Source: Octopus sinensis (taxonomy: Eukaryota). From it: 23,249 bases of DNA. A program made the position numbers and the translations under genes. The DNA lies in NCBI RefSeq assembly GCF_006345805.1, contig NW_021825148.1:1-23249 (forward strand). The letters are read 5' to 3'. The notes under the pieces were generated by a model that saw only the letters and a program-made list of their open reading frames with translations, was not told the origin of the DNA and made no database searches. Below are positions 9,167 through 20,092 of the stretch, in pieces (the first letter of the stretch is position 1; each line of letters opens with the position of its first letter).

Positions 9167-11101
9167 TGAAACACACAGTGAGGAAAAAAAGAATAAAGAA
9201 AGAATACGAGTGTAACAGACAGAATGAAAAAAAAAGTGGGAGAAAACTGAAGCATAATGCAAGAAGCGCAAATCAATTTAATTCTCTCAAAGTTCCAAAA
9301 ATTTGTCAGCGGTGTTAATGGGAAGAACATTATGTCCCACAAACATTGATGTAATTTAAATCAATAAAGAAAATCAGGAATCTGAAACCTAATTATTTCC
9401 TCTCCGTTGACAGCGTATATATAGCTTTGGAGGATGAAGAAGAGGAAGTAAAAATAACAGATTATAAAGAGATGGTATTTTGGCCAAGCAGCTCAATCCG
9501 CTGTCGTCAGCGAGTCGGTGTTTGAAATATCTCAGCTGCTCTCTTATAATTGTCATTTCAATTGTCTTTCCCCTTGATATCTGACGCTCGAGGCATGGCG
9601 TATATTTACGTCGATATTTGTGTAGCTTTCATCACGCTATTGCGGTTGTACAGACCACTGAAATGTCCTACAGGAGATGAAGAAATTTCTGCAGAAAGAA
9701 CAACACATCTTCAAATACCCATTTTCTTGAATCAGCTCGGAATGTTTAATAAAACACTTGAAATATAAACGTGACAACGAAATCTCACAAATCAGTAAAA
9801 TGTGAAGAAGTAGTGCATTCAGTGGTTAGACCGTTTAGACACCTCCGCATTTCTGTTCTCGATATGGAGGTCACTATGCCACTTTGTTGTTTTTATTCTG
9901 ATTGTGATCTGCATGAAACAATTTATTACAATGGCTTCTTCAATTAGGCGCAGGCATGACTGTGTGGTTAAGAATCTAAAACACTCTTCTAAGCAAGGCT
10001 TTTACCACTTTACATCTTTGTGGACGCGCGCTGACCTCATGTAATTCTATCTATTTAACTGTGCTTTGGAGCTCAATCATCATGCTGTGTCTGTTATTTT
10101 CTGAATGTTCAATGCCTAGAAATAGTCATTCGTTATACTGCCAGCAGTTATGTTTGTACTGCTCTGGCTGTTGTACGAATTTTTTTTTCTAAATCTTTCT
10201 TTAATTCGTGACATCTTCCGCTATGTCCATGACGACAACGAAAATATCTCCAATATGCGTGGTGTGCCTAATAGGCATACGTTTTAATTGTGATCTCTGA
10301 GAAACTAAGACATAACTACGCTGGTAAGTGAAGTCATGAATCACCCATGCCCATCCATTGCATTGAAGGAAAATTCACCCGAGCACATCTTGGTGGGACA
10401 GCCAAAGCACATAACACCCTGCAGCCATAGTTTCCGAAACAAATTCAGGAAGTCAAAGTTTTTCCCATTTTACGCCGTGCTTCTTCTTTTTTTAAAAAAA
10501 TGAATGTAAGAAATAAACATCAACTTCAGTCGATTTATCCGACTTTATGTCCGTTTCCGAGATATTTAAAGGCATAAAAATGTAAAAACATCGAAAAACC
10601 AGTATTGAAGCAGAAGATCAAATATAATACACGTGAAAATATCTACAAATCATGCTTCTTTTTTTTTTAATAAATGTACATAGTTACAATGTACTCATTT
10701 ACACTCATTTACATCGATTTCGGGGCTGACAATTGCACCATCCCACTGCGAGGTGGTGCTATAATTCGTACTGGGAAATTCAAACGCGTTTTCATATCTA
10801 CGATGCATAAATTTGCACTTCTTTCATAAACCATGCTTCGCCATCTTTAAAGCATACTGTTTTATAGTAGCCGAAAATCTCTTTTTATAGTGAATTTCAA
10901 AGTTTTTTTTTTAGTGAATTTCAGTGAATTTTAAATTTTTGTTTCTTTTTAGTGAATTTCAAGGAACTTTTAATTATCGTTTTGTGTTATGTTGTTTTTT
11001 AATCCAGTCGCGTGTTTTGGAACCAATAAACGATATATAAATTGAGATTTGCCTCTACACTCAACAGGCAAAATGGCTAAACTATTAAATATCAATATCT
11101 T

Positions 11102-11266
11102 GGCGTAGGAGTGGCTGTGTGGTAAGTAGCTTGCTTACGAACCACATGGTTCCGGGTTCAGTCCCACTCCGTGGCACCTTGAGAAAGTGTCTTCTACTAT
11201 TGCCTCGGTCCGACCAAAGTCTTGTGAATAGATCTGGAAGACGGAAACTGAAAGAAGCCCGTCGTA

Positions 11267-11308
<42 letters not shown>

Positions 11309-11557
11309 ATATATGTACGTGTGTGTGTATGTTTGTGTGTCTGTGTTTGCCCCCCCCCACCACCAACATTGCTTGACAACCGATGCTGGTGTGTTTACGT
11401 CCCCGTAACAAAGCGGTTCGGCAAAAGGCTCCGATAGAATGAGTACTAGGCTTACAAAGAATAAGTCTTGGGGTCGATTTGCTCGACTAAAGGCGGTGCT
11501 CCAGCATGGCCACAGTCAAATGACTGAAAAAAGTAAAAGAGTAAAAGAGTAAAAGAG
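11102..11557 (+). mobile_element. SINE family 1 (OR2-like, CORE-type), full length
   Basis: A box TGGCTGTGTGG, B box GGGTTCAGTCCC, CORE-like GTGGCACCTTGAGAAAGTGTCTT, internal (TA)n/(TG)n, tail GGCGGTGCTCCAGCATGGCCACAGTCAAATGACTG and a terminal (GTAAAAGA)3. Confidence 0.93.
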
Positions 11558-11605
11558 AGAAACAAGAGAAACTTTATTGAATAACGGATACAAAACCCTC
11601 AGTAA

Positions 11606-11807
11606 TCCTTTTTACTACAGGTACATGGCCTGAAATTAGGGGACAAGGGTTTAGTGGATTACATTGACCCCAGTACTCAACAGGTACTTATTTTATCGAC
11701 CCCGAAAGAATAAAGGTCAATGTCGACCTCGGCGGAATTTGAACTCAGAATGTAAATACGGATGAAACACTGCTGAGCAGGCAAACGATTTTACCATCTG
11801 GCCACTT
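11606..11807 (-). mobile_element. SINE family 2, alternative-tail subfamily, diverged
   Basis: Shares the body GACCCC..GTCGACCTCGGCGGAATTTGAACTCAGAA with 7687-7919 but has a different tail (TTTACTACAGGTACATGGCCTGAAATT on the + strand). Confidence 0.8.
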
Positions 11808-11930
11808 CACAAACAGCCTAAAGTAAAACTATTGAGGAGGGCGGATTACATACGAAAGAAATTATTAATGTCGAGCGGGACAAGGCATTAATAATGTTTC
11901 GCTGTTAATGAGGTAAATTATATAAAGTAC

Positions 11931-12395
11931 ATGTATGTATGTATGTATGTATGTATGTATGTATGTATGTATGTATGTATGTATGTATGCAAGAATGTGT
12001 ATGCATGTATGCGTGTCTATGTATATATGCATGTATGCAAGCGTATGTATGCATGAGTGTATGTATATATGTATATATATATATATATATATATACACGC
12101 TTATATGTATAAATGTATGTGTTTGTGTGCGAGTATGTGTGTATGTATATATATTTATATATATATATATATACACACACATATATACATATATATATAT
12201 ATGTATATATATATACACGCATATACATATATGTGTATATATATATACATATATATATATATGTATATATGTATGTGTGTTATATATATAATATGTGTGT
12301 GTATATATATATATATATATGTATGTGTATATACATATATATATATACATATATATATGCATATATCTATCTATATATATCTATCTCTATATATA
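11931..12395. repeat. Compound (GTAT)n/(TA)n/(TG)n microsatellite
   Basis: Read directly. Confidence 0.95.
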
Positions 12396-12560
12396 AAACT
12401 GAGAATGTGTACCTGTCTGTCTGTCTACACAACCAATTTCATTCAAATGTTACACATGCCTTACTTAGGGTCCATGTAGATTCATGGGCAAAACAAAATG
12501 TTAAACTTCTTGCCTGGGGCGAGCCCACAGCAATATCATATCTTCTCCATTAGTTCAGTA
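12384..12560 (+). mobile_element. Possible 5' portion of a non-autonomous Helitron
   Basis: A|TCTCTATATATAAAACT...GTCTGTCTAC closely resembles the 5' end of the element at 17575-17879 (TCTTTATATATAAAACT...GTCTGTCTAC). No convincing hairpin-CTAG 3' end was found, so the right boundary is arbitrary. Confidence 0.45.
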
Positions 12561-13289
12561 TTACGTGTTAAAAGTGAAACAAAAACATTTCTCTCTTTTA
12601 TGTCAGATACTTTTACTTTAACAATAAAAATTAGAGATAATAATAACAATTGAATTATATGTAGTAAGTAATAATTAAAATCAAACTAAAGTATAATATA
12701 ATCGTAGCATAACAAAAGTAAAAATAGTAATTGGTATAAAATTGCATCAATGACTTGAACTTGAATAAGTGGTTTCACCTGAATGGGAATAAATTAAAAA
12801 TAAAATTGGTGTGCAGAAATGGAATAGTCCAGATGGAGCTGTGCACATACCGTTTACCACGGCTTTTACAGTAAATTATCTGCTAATTAGCTAGCATTAA
12901 GTATCTATATGAAGTTTGGCTGTGTGTAATGTCTGTTTTCTCGAACAGCCGCTTCTACTGAGTACTGCTGTTGGTTTATTTCTTATACATAAAGGACTAT
13001 AGCTTCAACTGCGTACTGCTTTTTAATTCACCGTAAGGTTTATTGTTATTATTATTACTGTTTAACTATTGTTATAACGTTTGTTGGTTCCTCGTAAGGG
13101 AAACGTTGTTGTGTTGCATTTGTTAAATAATTGTAAACTGTAACCACACCGCCCTTTGGGAGAAGGAGCTTTGGTTATTGTTTAAAAATTGAATTGTGTC
13201 CCTGTTTGGGGAAATTGACGAAATTTTCACCGTTAATACGGAAGCATTTTTGTTAGAATGCCTTCGATAGAAGAAAATCTAAAAATGAA

Positions 13290-13418
13290 TTTACATACAT
13301 ATATATATACATGCATTCGCACAAGTATGTTGTGTACCCGTGTATGTGTGCGAGTGTATGTGTGTGAGTATATATGTTTGTACATATATATATATACATG
13401 CATACATACATACGTATA

Positions 13419-13463
<45 letters not shown>

Positions 13464-13658
13464 TATGTATACACACACACTTACACACACATACACACAT
13501 GCATCTATACATGTATATGTGTATAGATATTTATATACAAATACGTATATATTCACACATACACTCATGCATACACGCATACATGCATACATACATACAT
13601 ACATACATACATACATACATACATACATACATACATACATACATACATACATACATAC
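13290..13658. repeat. Compound microsatellite ending in (CATA)n
   Basis: Read directly. A pure CATA array of about 70 bp abuts the LINE at 13659. Confidence 0.95.
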
Positions 13659-14822
13659 AATGAGGCTGATAACATCATAAGACTTGGAAGGCAGCTCCTT
13701 GAGCAACACTCTTTGTCTGATCACCCAGAATAAATGCCGAAAGAAGTCGCGACGACTCTACCGCAACATATCATCAGATGAAAGGATGAGCCTATATGAG
13801 CAGAAGACTATACATGGGTATGTTAGTAGAAAGCTCCGAGATGAAAGTAACATCGATCATCGAAGCAGATTATCATGGACGAATAGCTGGATTACAACCG
13901 ACCAATTTGAAGGGTATGCGTTTGAAATCAATGAACAGAAAATATCAACCAAGTACACGATGCACAAAAGGGATAGAGATGCAGGAAAATCAGTAAAATG
14001 TAACAACCGATGCAGAGTTTGTGTAGTTCACACTGAAGATATCACCCACATCGCAAGCAGTTGTCCGAAAATGTCATCCCGTTATTATCTACCAATGAGA
14101 TATGACGTTGTAGCTAGGACACTCTATAATGAAATCCGTCGGAAGGATTATCCCGAGGACAAAGAAATGGTAGAGTATGGTAGAAGCTATATCCACTCAT
14201 GATGAAAAGGAATTCAAGTGGAATGTACCAGTGAAGACCTCAATAAAATGTAAGCACAACAGACCTGATATAATGATTTGGGATAGAGAAGAGAAACTGT
14301 GCACAGTTGTGGAAATTAGCTGCCCAGCGGATATTAACGGAAGGTCAGTGAAAAAGAGAACCCCTATGCTGAACTATTGAGAAATCTGTAATTACTCCAT
14401 CCAGATTACAAGTTCAGATTTATACCTGTAATTATTGGGGCCTTGAGATATATAACACACTGCCTAAATACCAATCTTGAGAAATTAGGCTGTCAAAACC
14501 AGAAAGGAGAAAGCTAATTCGAAGACTACAGATCCAATCCATCACTGGAACTGTAAAAATCTGTAAAACTTTCCAGAAGTTTATCATTTAAATATATATG
14601 AGTATGTCTAGACATGCAACTATATGAATGAGAATACATACATAAAACATACAAATCTGCACATACATACACACATACATACATACATACATACATACAT
14701 ACATACATACATACAAATAAAAATACCCTGTTGTTGATGTTGAAATTCCAATGAAGGAACCTTGGATCTAGGTTAGAAACCGGTTCTTTCTGTATTGGCA
14801 AGAAATCTTGAAATGAACTGAA
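13659..14822 (+). mobile_element. 5'-truncated RLE-type LINE (R4/Dong-like), family B, flanked by (TACA)n
   Basis: Degenerate ORF with EQKTIHGY, FEGYAFEINEQ, CRVC..EDITHIASSC, HNRPDIMIWD..VEISCP and FIPVIIGAL. Stop at 14589-14591, then a 3' UTR containing an internal (CATA)n and ending GAACTGAA, followed by (TACA)n at 14823-14905. Confidence 0.9.
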
Positions 14823-15051
14823 TACATACATACATGCATACATACATACATACATACATACATACATACATACATACATACATACATACATGCATGCATG
14901 CATACACTTTGTATGATTTACCTCTTTAACAGCGAGACATTATTAATGACCTATCCCGCCCTACATCAATAATTTCTTCAGCATGTAAGATGGTATCGTT
15001 AATAGTTAAATCATTGGCAGTTTTTATTCTGCCAGCCTACCGCCTTAAATA

Positions 15052-15247
15052 ATCTTCTCTACTCTAGGCACAAAGCCCGAAATTTTCAGGGAAGGGGCCA
15101 GTCGATTAGTATTTAATTTATCGACCCCTAGAGTATGAAGGGCAAAGTCGGCCTCCGTGGAATTTGAACGGAGAACGTAAAGCCGGAAGAATTGCTATAA
15201 AGCATTTTGTTAGAGGCTTGCCACCGACTTCTGCCATCTTACCGTCT
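15052..15247 (-). mobile_element. SINE family 2, alternative-tail subfamily, old copy, followed by a lone head fragment at 15028-15046
   Basis: TTCTCTACTCTAGGCACAAAGCCCGAAATTTT tail, ATCGACCCC..AAAGTCGGCCTCCGTGGAATTTGAAC body and TTCTGCCATCTTACCGTC head. Confidence 0.7.
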
Positions 15248-15612
15248 GGTGTAGAACGATGATAGTGATACAAGTATTACTAGAAACAGATAAAAGAATG
15301 GAACCTGAAAATGCTTAACATTTCCCGGCGTGAATTGATCAAACAACAATTGCTGTGGAACTGTGTTACTGACTAAGTTACAAGATTTACATTTTGATGT
15401 ACTTCGAGAAATAAATGGAGAGTAAAGATTAAATGTAACTAAAATGGGTTTTTTTTCACGATGTAATTACTTCGCTTGCATCATGCGGTGTCGGATCATG
15501 TCAGCTGGCAGAAAAACCTGAGATATATTTACATAAGTGTTTGTAAGTATTTGTTCACTTTCTTCATTCGCCGTTTAAAACACACCCAGAGCTATCTGTG
15601 TGTATAAGGTTG

Positions 15613-15642
<30 letters not shown>

Positions 15643-15643
<1 letters not shown>

Positions 15644-16045
15644 TTATTCTTTTATTCTTTTACTCTTTTACTTTTTTCAGTCATTTGACTGCGGTCATGC
15701 TGGAGCACTGCCTTTAGTCGAGCAAATCGCATCCCCTAGGACTTATTCTTTGTAAGCCTAGAACTTATTTTATCGGTCTCTTTTGCCGAACTGCTAAGAT
15801 ACGGGGACGTAAGCAAACCATCATCGGTTTTCAAACGATATTGGGGCATTAACACACGCACACACACACACACATATATATATATACGGCGGCCTTCTTT
15901 CGGTTTCCGCCTACCAAATACACTCACAAGGCTATGGTCGGCCCGAGGCTGTAGTAGACACATGCACAAGGTGCCACGCTGTGGGACTGAACCCAGAACC
16001 ATGTGATTGGTAAGCAAGCTACTTACCACACAGCCACTCCTGCTC

Positions 16046-16046
<1 letters not shown>
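15643..16046 (-). mobile_element. SINE family 1 (OR2-like), full length
   Basis: Colinear with the reverse complement of 11102-11557 from the TTTTACTC tail repeats to the GGAGCAGGAGTGGCTGTGTGG head. Confidence 0.92.
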
Positions 16047-16047
<1 letters not shown>

Positions 16048-16096
<49 letters not shown>

Positions 16097-16359
16097 TATA
16101 TATATATGTATGTATGTATATGCATATGTATATGTGTATATATATATATATCGTTATATACATATATATATATATATATCTTTATATACATATATACATA
16201 TATATATACATATATACATATATATATATTATATATATATGTATGTATGTATCTATATATATGTATATATGTATATGTATATAAAGATATATATATATAT
16301 ATGCATATACATATACATATATATATACATATATACAACTTTCTTATCTACATATATAG

Positions 16360-16409
<50 letters not shown>

Positions 16410-16445
16410 TATATAATATATATATATATCTATATATATATATAT
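16048..16445. repeat. Degenerate (TA)n microsatellite (about 400 bp)
   Basis: Read directly. Confidence 0.97.
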
Positions 16446-16804
16446 CGATATCGTTTACCATTGAGATTATTTTAAGTATTACTTAATGGAGTTCAAGCCG
16501 GTCGCTAAAAAAAAAAAGCGGCAGGAATTTTTGAGTGAAGAGAGTTTCCGGGGTTTGCACTTGTGTTCTTTGCGAAGATGTCTCTTTAGTGCTTAGGTGT
16601 TTGTGTGTGAGTGCAACAATAATTTTTTTTTTCCGTTTGTGTCCTTGTCGATGCAGATAACCAAGTGTGTGCATATATTGATTTCGAGAAGCAAAATAGA
16701 GAATCTCCGAAATGTCTTTAGAAATTTTTCACTTTGCTGCTAATAGGTTGGATTCGGCAGGGTGGGTGTGCGTTAGTTTCTGTTCATACAGTATGTAAAT
16801 AAGC

Positions 16805-17095
16805 ATATGTATGTACGTGTGTGTGTATGTGTATGCGTGTGTGTGTGTGTGTTTGTGCGTGTGTGTGCGTGCGTGTGTATGTGTGTGTGTGTCTGTGTGT
16901 GTGTTTGTGTGTGTGTATGTATTTGTGTGTGTGTGTGTTTGTGTGTGTTTGTGTGTGTGTGCGTGCGTGCATGTGTGTGTGTGTGTTTGTGTGTGCGTGC
17001 GTGTGTGTGTGTGTGTATTTGTGTGTGTGTGTGTGTGTGTGTGTGTTTGTGTGTGTTGTGTGTGAGTGTGTGTGTGTGTGTGCGTGTGTGTGTGT
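16805..17095. repeat. Degenerate (GT)n microsatellite (about 290 bp)
   Basis: Read directly. Confidence 0.97.
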
Positions 17096-17512
17096 AAATG
17101 CAGCTCAGTGCAAAGTAAACATTTAAGCGTTTTCGTGTATTAGTACACATTGAATATAATAGAGAATTCCTAGAGATCTACTTCAATATAATCCTCCAGA
17201 TGCCACCGTCCTCCGTGTCCTGCTGTCAGCTTGCCAAGGCTCCCCAGTTCGCTCTGTTTTTGTGTCGCGTGCACACAGTCAGCCAAAAGTTATGCCTGTG
17301 ACTGGTAATACCCGTCCTTAAGGAAATGGAACCTGACACGGCCAAAAGTGCAGAAGAATCAATGAGATGAATGGACTCGAAACCGTGATAGTGGGGTACG
17401 TGTCACGCCATAAGACATGGCGAATCAAAATATAGAAGGTGATATCGGTCAGTCATTTGGAAAAGAATTGGGTGCCCATCACGTATTATCCCAAAGTCAT
17501 GCTAATGCTTCA

Positions 17513-17552
<40 letters not shown>

Positions 17553-17574
17553 ATATATATATATAATATATCTA

Positions 17575-17879
17575 CTAGCAATATCACTCGGCGTTGCTCG
17601 GGTTTGTAAGGAAAATAACTATATAAGCATTTTAGAGAGTTACTTCCCTTATATAACCCGAGCAAAAATCATTAAAAATGCGGAAAAACGATGGTAAATT
17701 TTTTTTAAATCGTAGACTCATCGTAGACGCGCGCTAATACCCAGAAGGGCTCGATATGAATCACGACTATAAGATACCCGCTTTTGGTTAAACTGCACCG
17801 CAAAATGTGGGAGTAGTTAGGAATCTAAATCGGAGTAGACAGACACACACACACACAACTTTAGTTTTATATATAAAGA
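17575..17879 (-). mobile_element. Non-autonomous Helitron (305 bp)
   Basis: Minus strand begins A|TC at 17879 and ends CTAG|T at 17575. A GC-rich bulged hairpin (ACCCGAGC-AAC-GCCGAGT) lies about 10 nt before the end, and there is no TSD. These are the canonical Helitron termini. Confidence 0.78.
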
Positions 17880-17939
17880 TATATATATATATATATTTAA
17901 TAATATATTATCATTATTATTATTATTATGGGACAAGTG

Positions 17940-18012
17940 GCCGTGATCGTCTAGTTGTTAGGACCCCCACGTTGTGTCCGTGGTAACCAAGGTTCGAATC
18001 CTGGTCACGGCA
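17940..18012 (+). tRNA. trnH: tRNA-His(GTG), damaged; probable pseudogene or SINE head
   Basis: GCCGTGA/TCACGGC acceptor stem, CCACG/CGTGG anticodon stem, GTG at 17974-17976 and a TTCGAAT T loop. Four lesions relative to the recalled invertebrate tRNA-His: G18>T, an extra C, G37>T and an A-G mismatch in the T stem. Confidence 0.85.
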
Positions 18013-18340
18013 GCCCATCTGTGTTCTTTAAAATGTCGGTGCCCCCAGCATGGCAACAGCTCGTGAGCTGTAATTAGATCAATATTTTAAAAAATATACC
18101 AGCAAATCAATATTAGAAAATTCTTCAGAAAGATATATACGTGTGTAAAATAATTGCTGTATTAAAAATATATAAATATGCATTAAAATATATGTAAATA
18201 TGTATAAGTATAAATATATAATGTATATGACAGTTTTGAATTAAGTATTTAAAGTATCTTACGATCGTTTCACTTCAGAATATTCACAGCCAAATGACTG
18301 GAACCAGTAAAAGAGTGAAAAAATCGCGAAGAAGGAACTA

Positions 18341-18919
18341 CAGGGTGTCCACAAAGTCTGGGTACATGGAGTAAATAAAATGATAACATAAACAATTAAA
18401 TATAAGAAATAATAATTTTCCTTTTTTACTTTTGTTTAAATTAAATAAAAAAAATACTTTACTTTTCTAAATGCTGGTTGAGGAAAAGTTTCATCCAAAC
18501 AAACAAAGTACGTGGGTGTTGCATTAATTGTAATAACCTCTGAGAGGGCCGCTAGAACGATCGAAATTGTTTTACGCTTAAAATTCTTTACAATATAAAA
18601 CAGTAAATTGGGGTCCTAACCATGTTCCCACTGTGGTGCCATACACCCTACAAACATCACTTAAATGAAGACGACCCTGATAGACGAATGCAGATGTGTG
18701 AATGGTTTTCAGATAAATTGGATGAAAATATTAATTTTACTAAAATGTAGACTTATTTAAATGAGTTCACCTGGATTTTGCAAGGCGCATCAAGTTATGC
18801 ATTGAAAATGATGGAAATCATGTTGAAAATATTATTTATTAACATTATAATTAAATAAAATTGTTTTGTTTTAAAAGTATATGTTAATCCCCATGTACGC
18901 AGACTTTGTGGACACCCTG
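18341..18919 (+). mobile_element. Internally deleted mariner-like DNA transposon (579 bp; resembles the DD41D/DD37D groups)
   Basis: 29-bp TIRs at 18341-18369 and 18891-18919 (28/29 identical), TA on both sides. Remnants read KFHP..YK..HLNEDDPDRRMQMCEWFSDKLD and the C-terminal RRIKLCIENDGNHVENIIY*. The subgroup is inferred from motifs only. Confidence 0.9.
18497..18657. repeat. 161-bp segment, copy 1 (inside the mariner element)
   Basis: 156/161 identical to 19932-20092, same orientation. Confidence 0.95.
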
Positions 18920-19261
18920 TATGGACAGAGACATAATTAACTAAGTTACGTTGTTCTGCAGCAGGAATCATTGGATTATAGAAAAAGAGGTTATTTCATA
19001 GATCGTGAAGTTGATGAACATTTTTTTGTGGGTAAACATTGTGCCTACGTGGGGTGTATTTTGAGCTCGCGCGTGTGTATTTGTGTGTTTATGGTTGGGT
19101 GGTTTGGCTGACTCAGGAGGAGAAAGAGCAGAGCCCAATACCATCCGCAGAGCTTCCTGAATCGATGGGAATTGAAAAATAAAGTGTATCAAATTTCACT
19201 CAAACGGTTTGAAGTCTTGAGGTATAACAGAGTAAGTAATGTCTCGAGTCCTTGAACTCAA

Positions 19262-19472
19262 AGGGCCGGTTGCCCTTTTCCATTTGTTTAAGGGACCGAG
19301 ATGAGAACATTGTTCCTGAAAGGGACGTCAGTCCGTTGCATGGTTACCCTTTACAGCTGAGTGGACTGGAGTAATGTGAAATAAAATGTTTTGCCCAACA
19401 CACAAAGCACCAGCCGGTTCAGGATTCGAAACCATGATTTTACGATCATGAGTGTAACTCTCTACCTACTTA
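19262..19472 (-). mobile_element. tRNA-derived SINE family 3, diverged
   Basis: Minus strand has B-box-like GGTTTCGAATCC, CORE-like TTGGGCAAAACATT and a V-domain-like ACCATGCAACGGACTGACGTCCC. The head is homologous to 19740-19817. The left boundary is approximate. Confidence 0.65.
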
Positions 19473-19639
19473 ATGAAAATGTCGAGAAGTAATGTTGTAT
19501 CTGGAACCATGGTATTGATGGTAATGGTAGTCTCCTCTCGTAGTCTGAGAAAGACGATTCTGCAATGTCTTGCTGAACAAGCTGCACAAATGATTTGCTT
19601 GTAAGGATCAAATGGGTTTGCGCTGTGCATTTGCTGGAA

Positions 19640-19817
19640 CAGACATTGCCGGGACAGGTGCACGGTGTTCTACACGTCAGGTGTCGAAGTGAACACAGAG
19701 CAACGTGTAACGAAGTGTTTTCTTGATAAAAACAACGCACCGCCCTGACCAGGAACCGAAACCTCGATCTCGCGATCATGAAGGCAGCACCCTAACCACT
19801 AGGCCATGAGCCCTCTA
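19640..19817 (-). mobile_element. tRNA-derived SINE family 3, second copy with a different 3' part
   Basis: A box TGGCCTAGTGG, B-box-like GGTTTCGGTTCC, then GTTTTTATCAAGAAAACACTTCGTTACACGTTGCTC. The left boundary is approximate. Confidence 0.7.
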
Positions 19818-19931
19818 CCACGATATTGCGAAATACTTGACTGCACGGCTATACTTGCGATCATGGTCATGTAGGCATCCATTTTGCATGTGTGTTTGAG
19901 AGAGGGGATAGAAAGAAAGAAGGAAACAAAC

Positions 19932-20092
19932 AAACAAACAAAGTACGTGGGTGTTGTATTAATTGCAATACCCTCTGAGAGGGCCGCTAGAACGATCGAA
20001 ATTGTTTTACGCTTAAAATTCTTTACAATATAAAACATTAAATTGGGGTCCTAACCATGTTCCCACTGTGATGCCATACACCCTACAAACAT
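19932..20092. repeat. 161-bp segment, copy 2
   Basis: 156/161 identical to 18497-18657 and preceded by additional AAAC units. Confidence 0.95.

Noticed and set aside
9947-9972. GGCGCAGGCATGACTGTGTGGTTAAG, similar to a family 1 SINE head
   Set aside because: Only 26 bp with no B box or body, too short to annotate.
11931-13660. Possible large inverted duplication between the microsatellite blocks at 11931-12395 and 13290-13660
   Set aside because: Only short degenerate GTAT variants are shared, and the interruptions are not colinear as they are at 20430-20777.
18945-19240. Acceptor-like TTGTTCTGCAG and donor-like AGA|GTAAGT suggesting an exon
   Set aside because: I found no frame with a recognisable product, and such motifs are common by chance.
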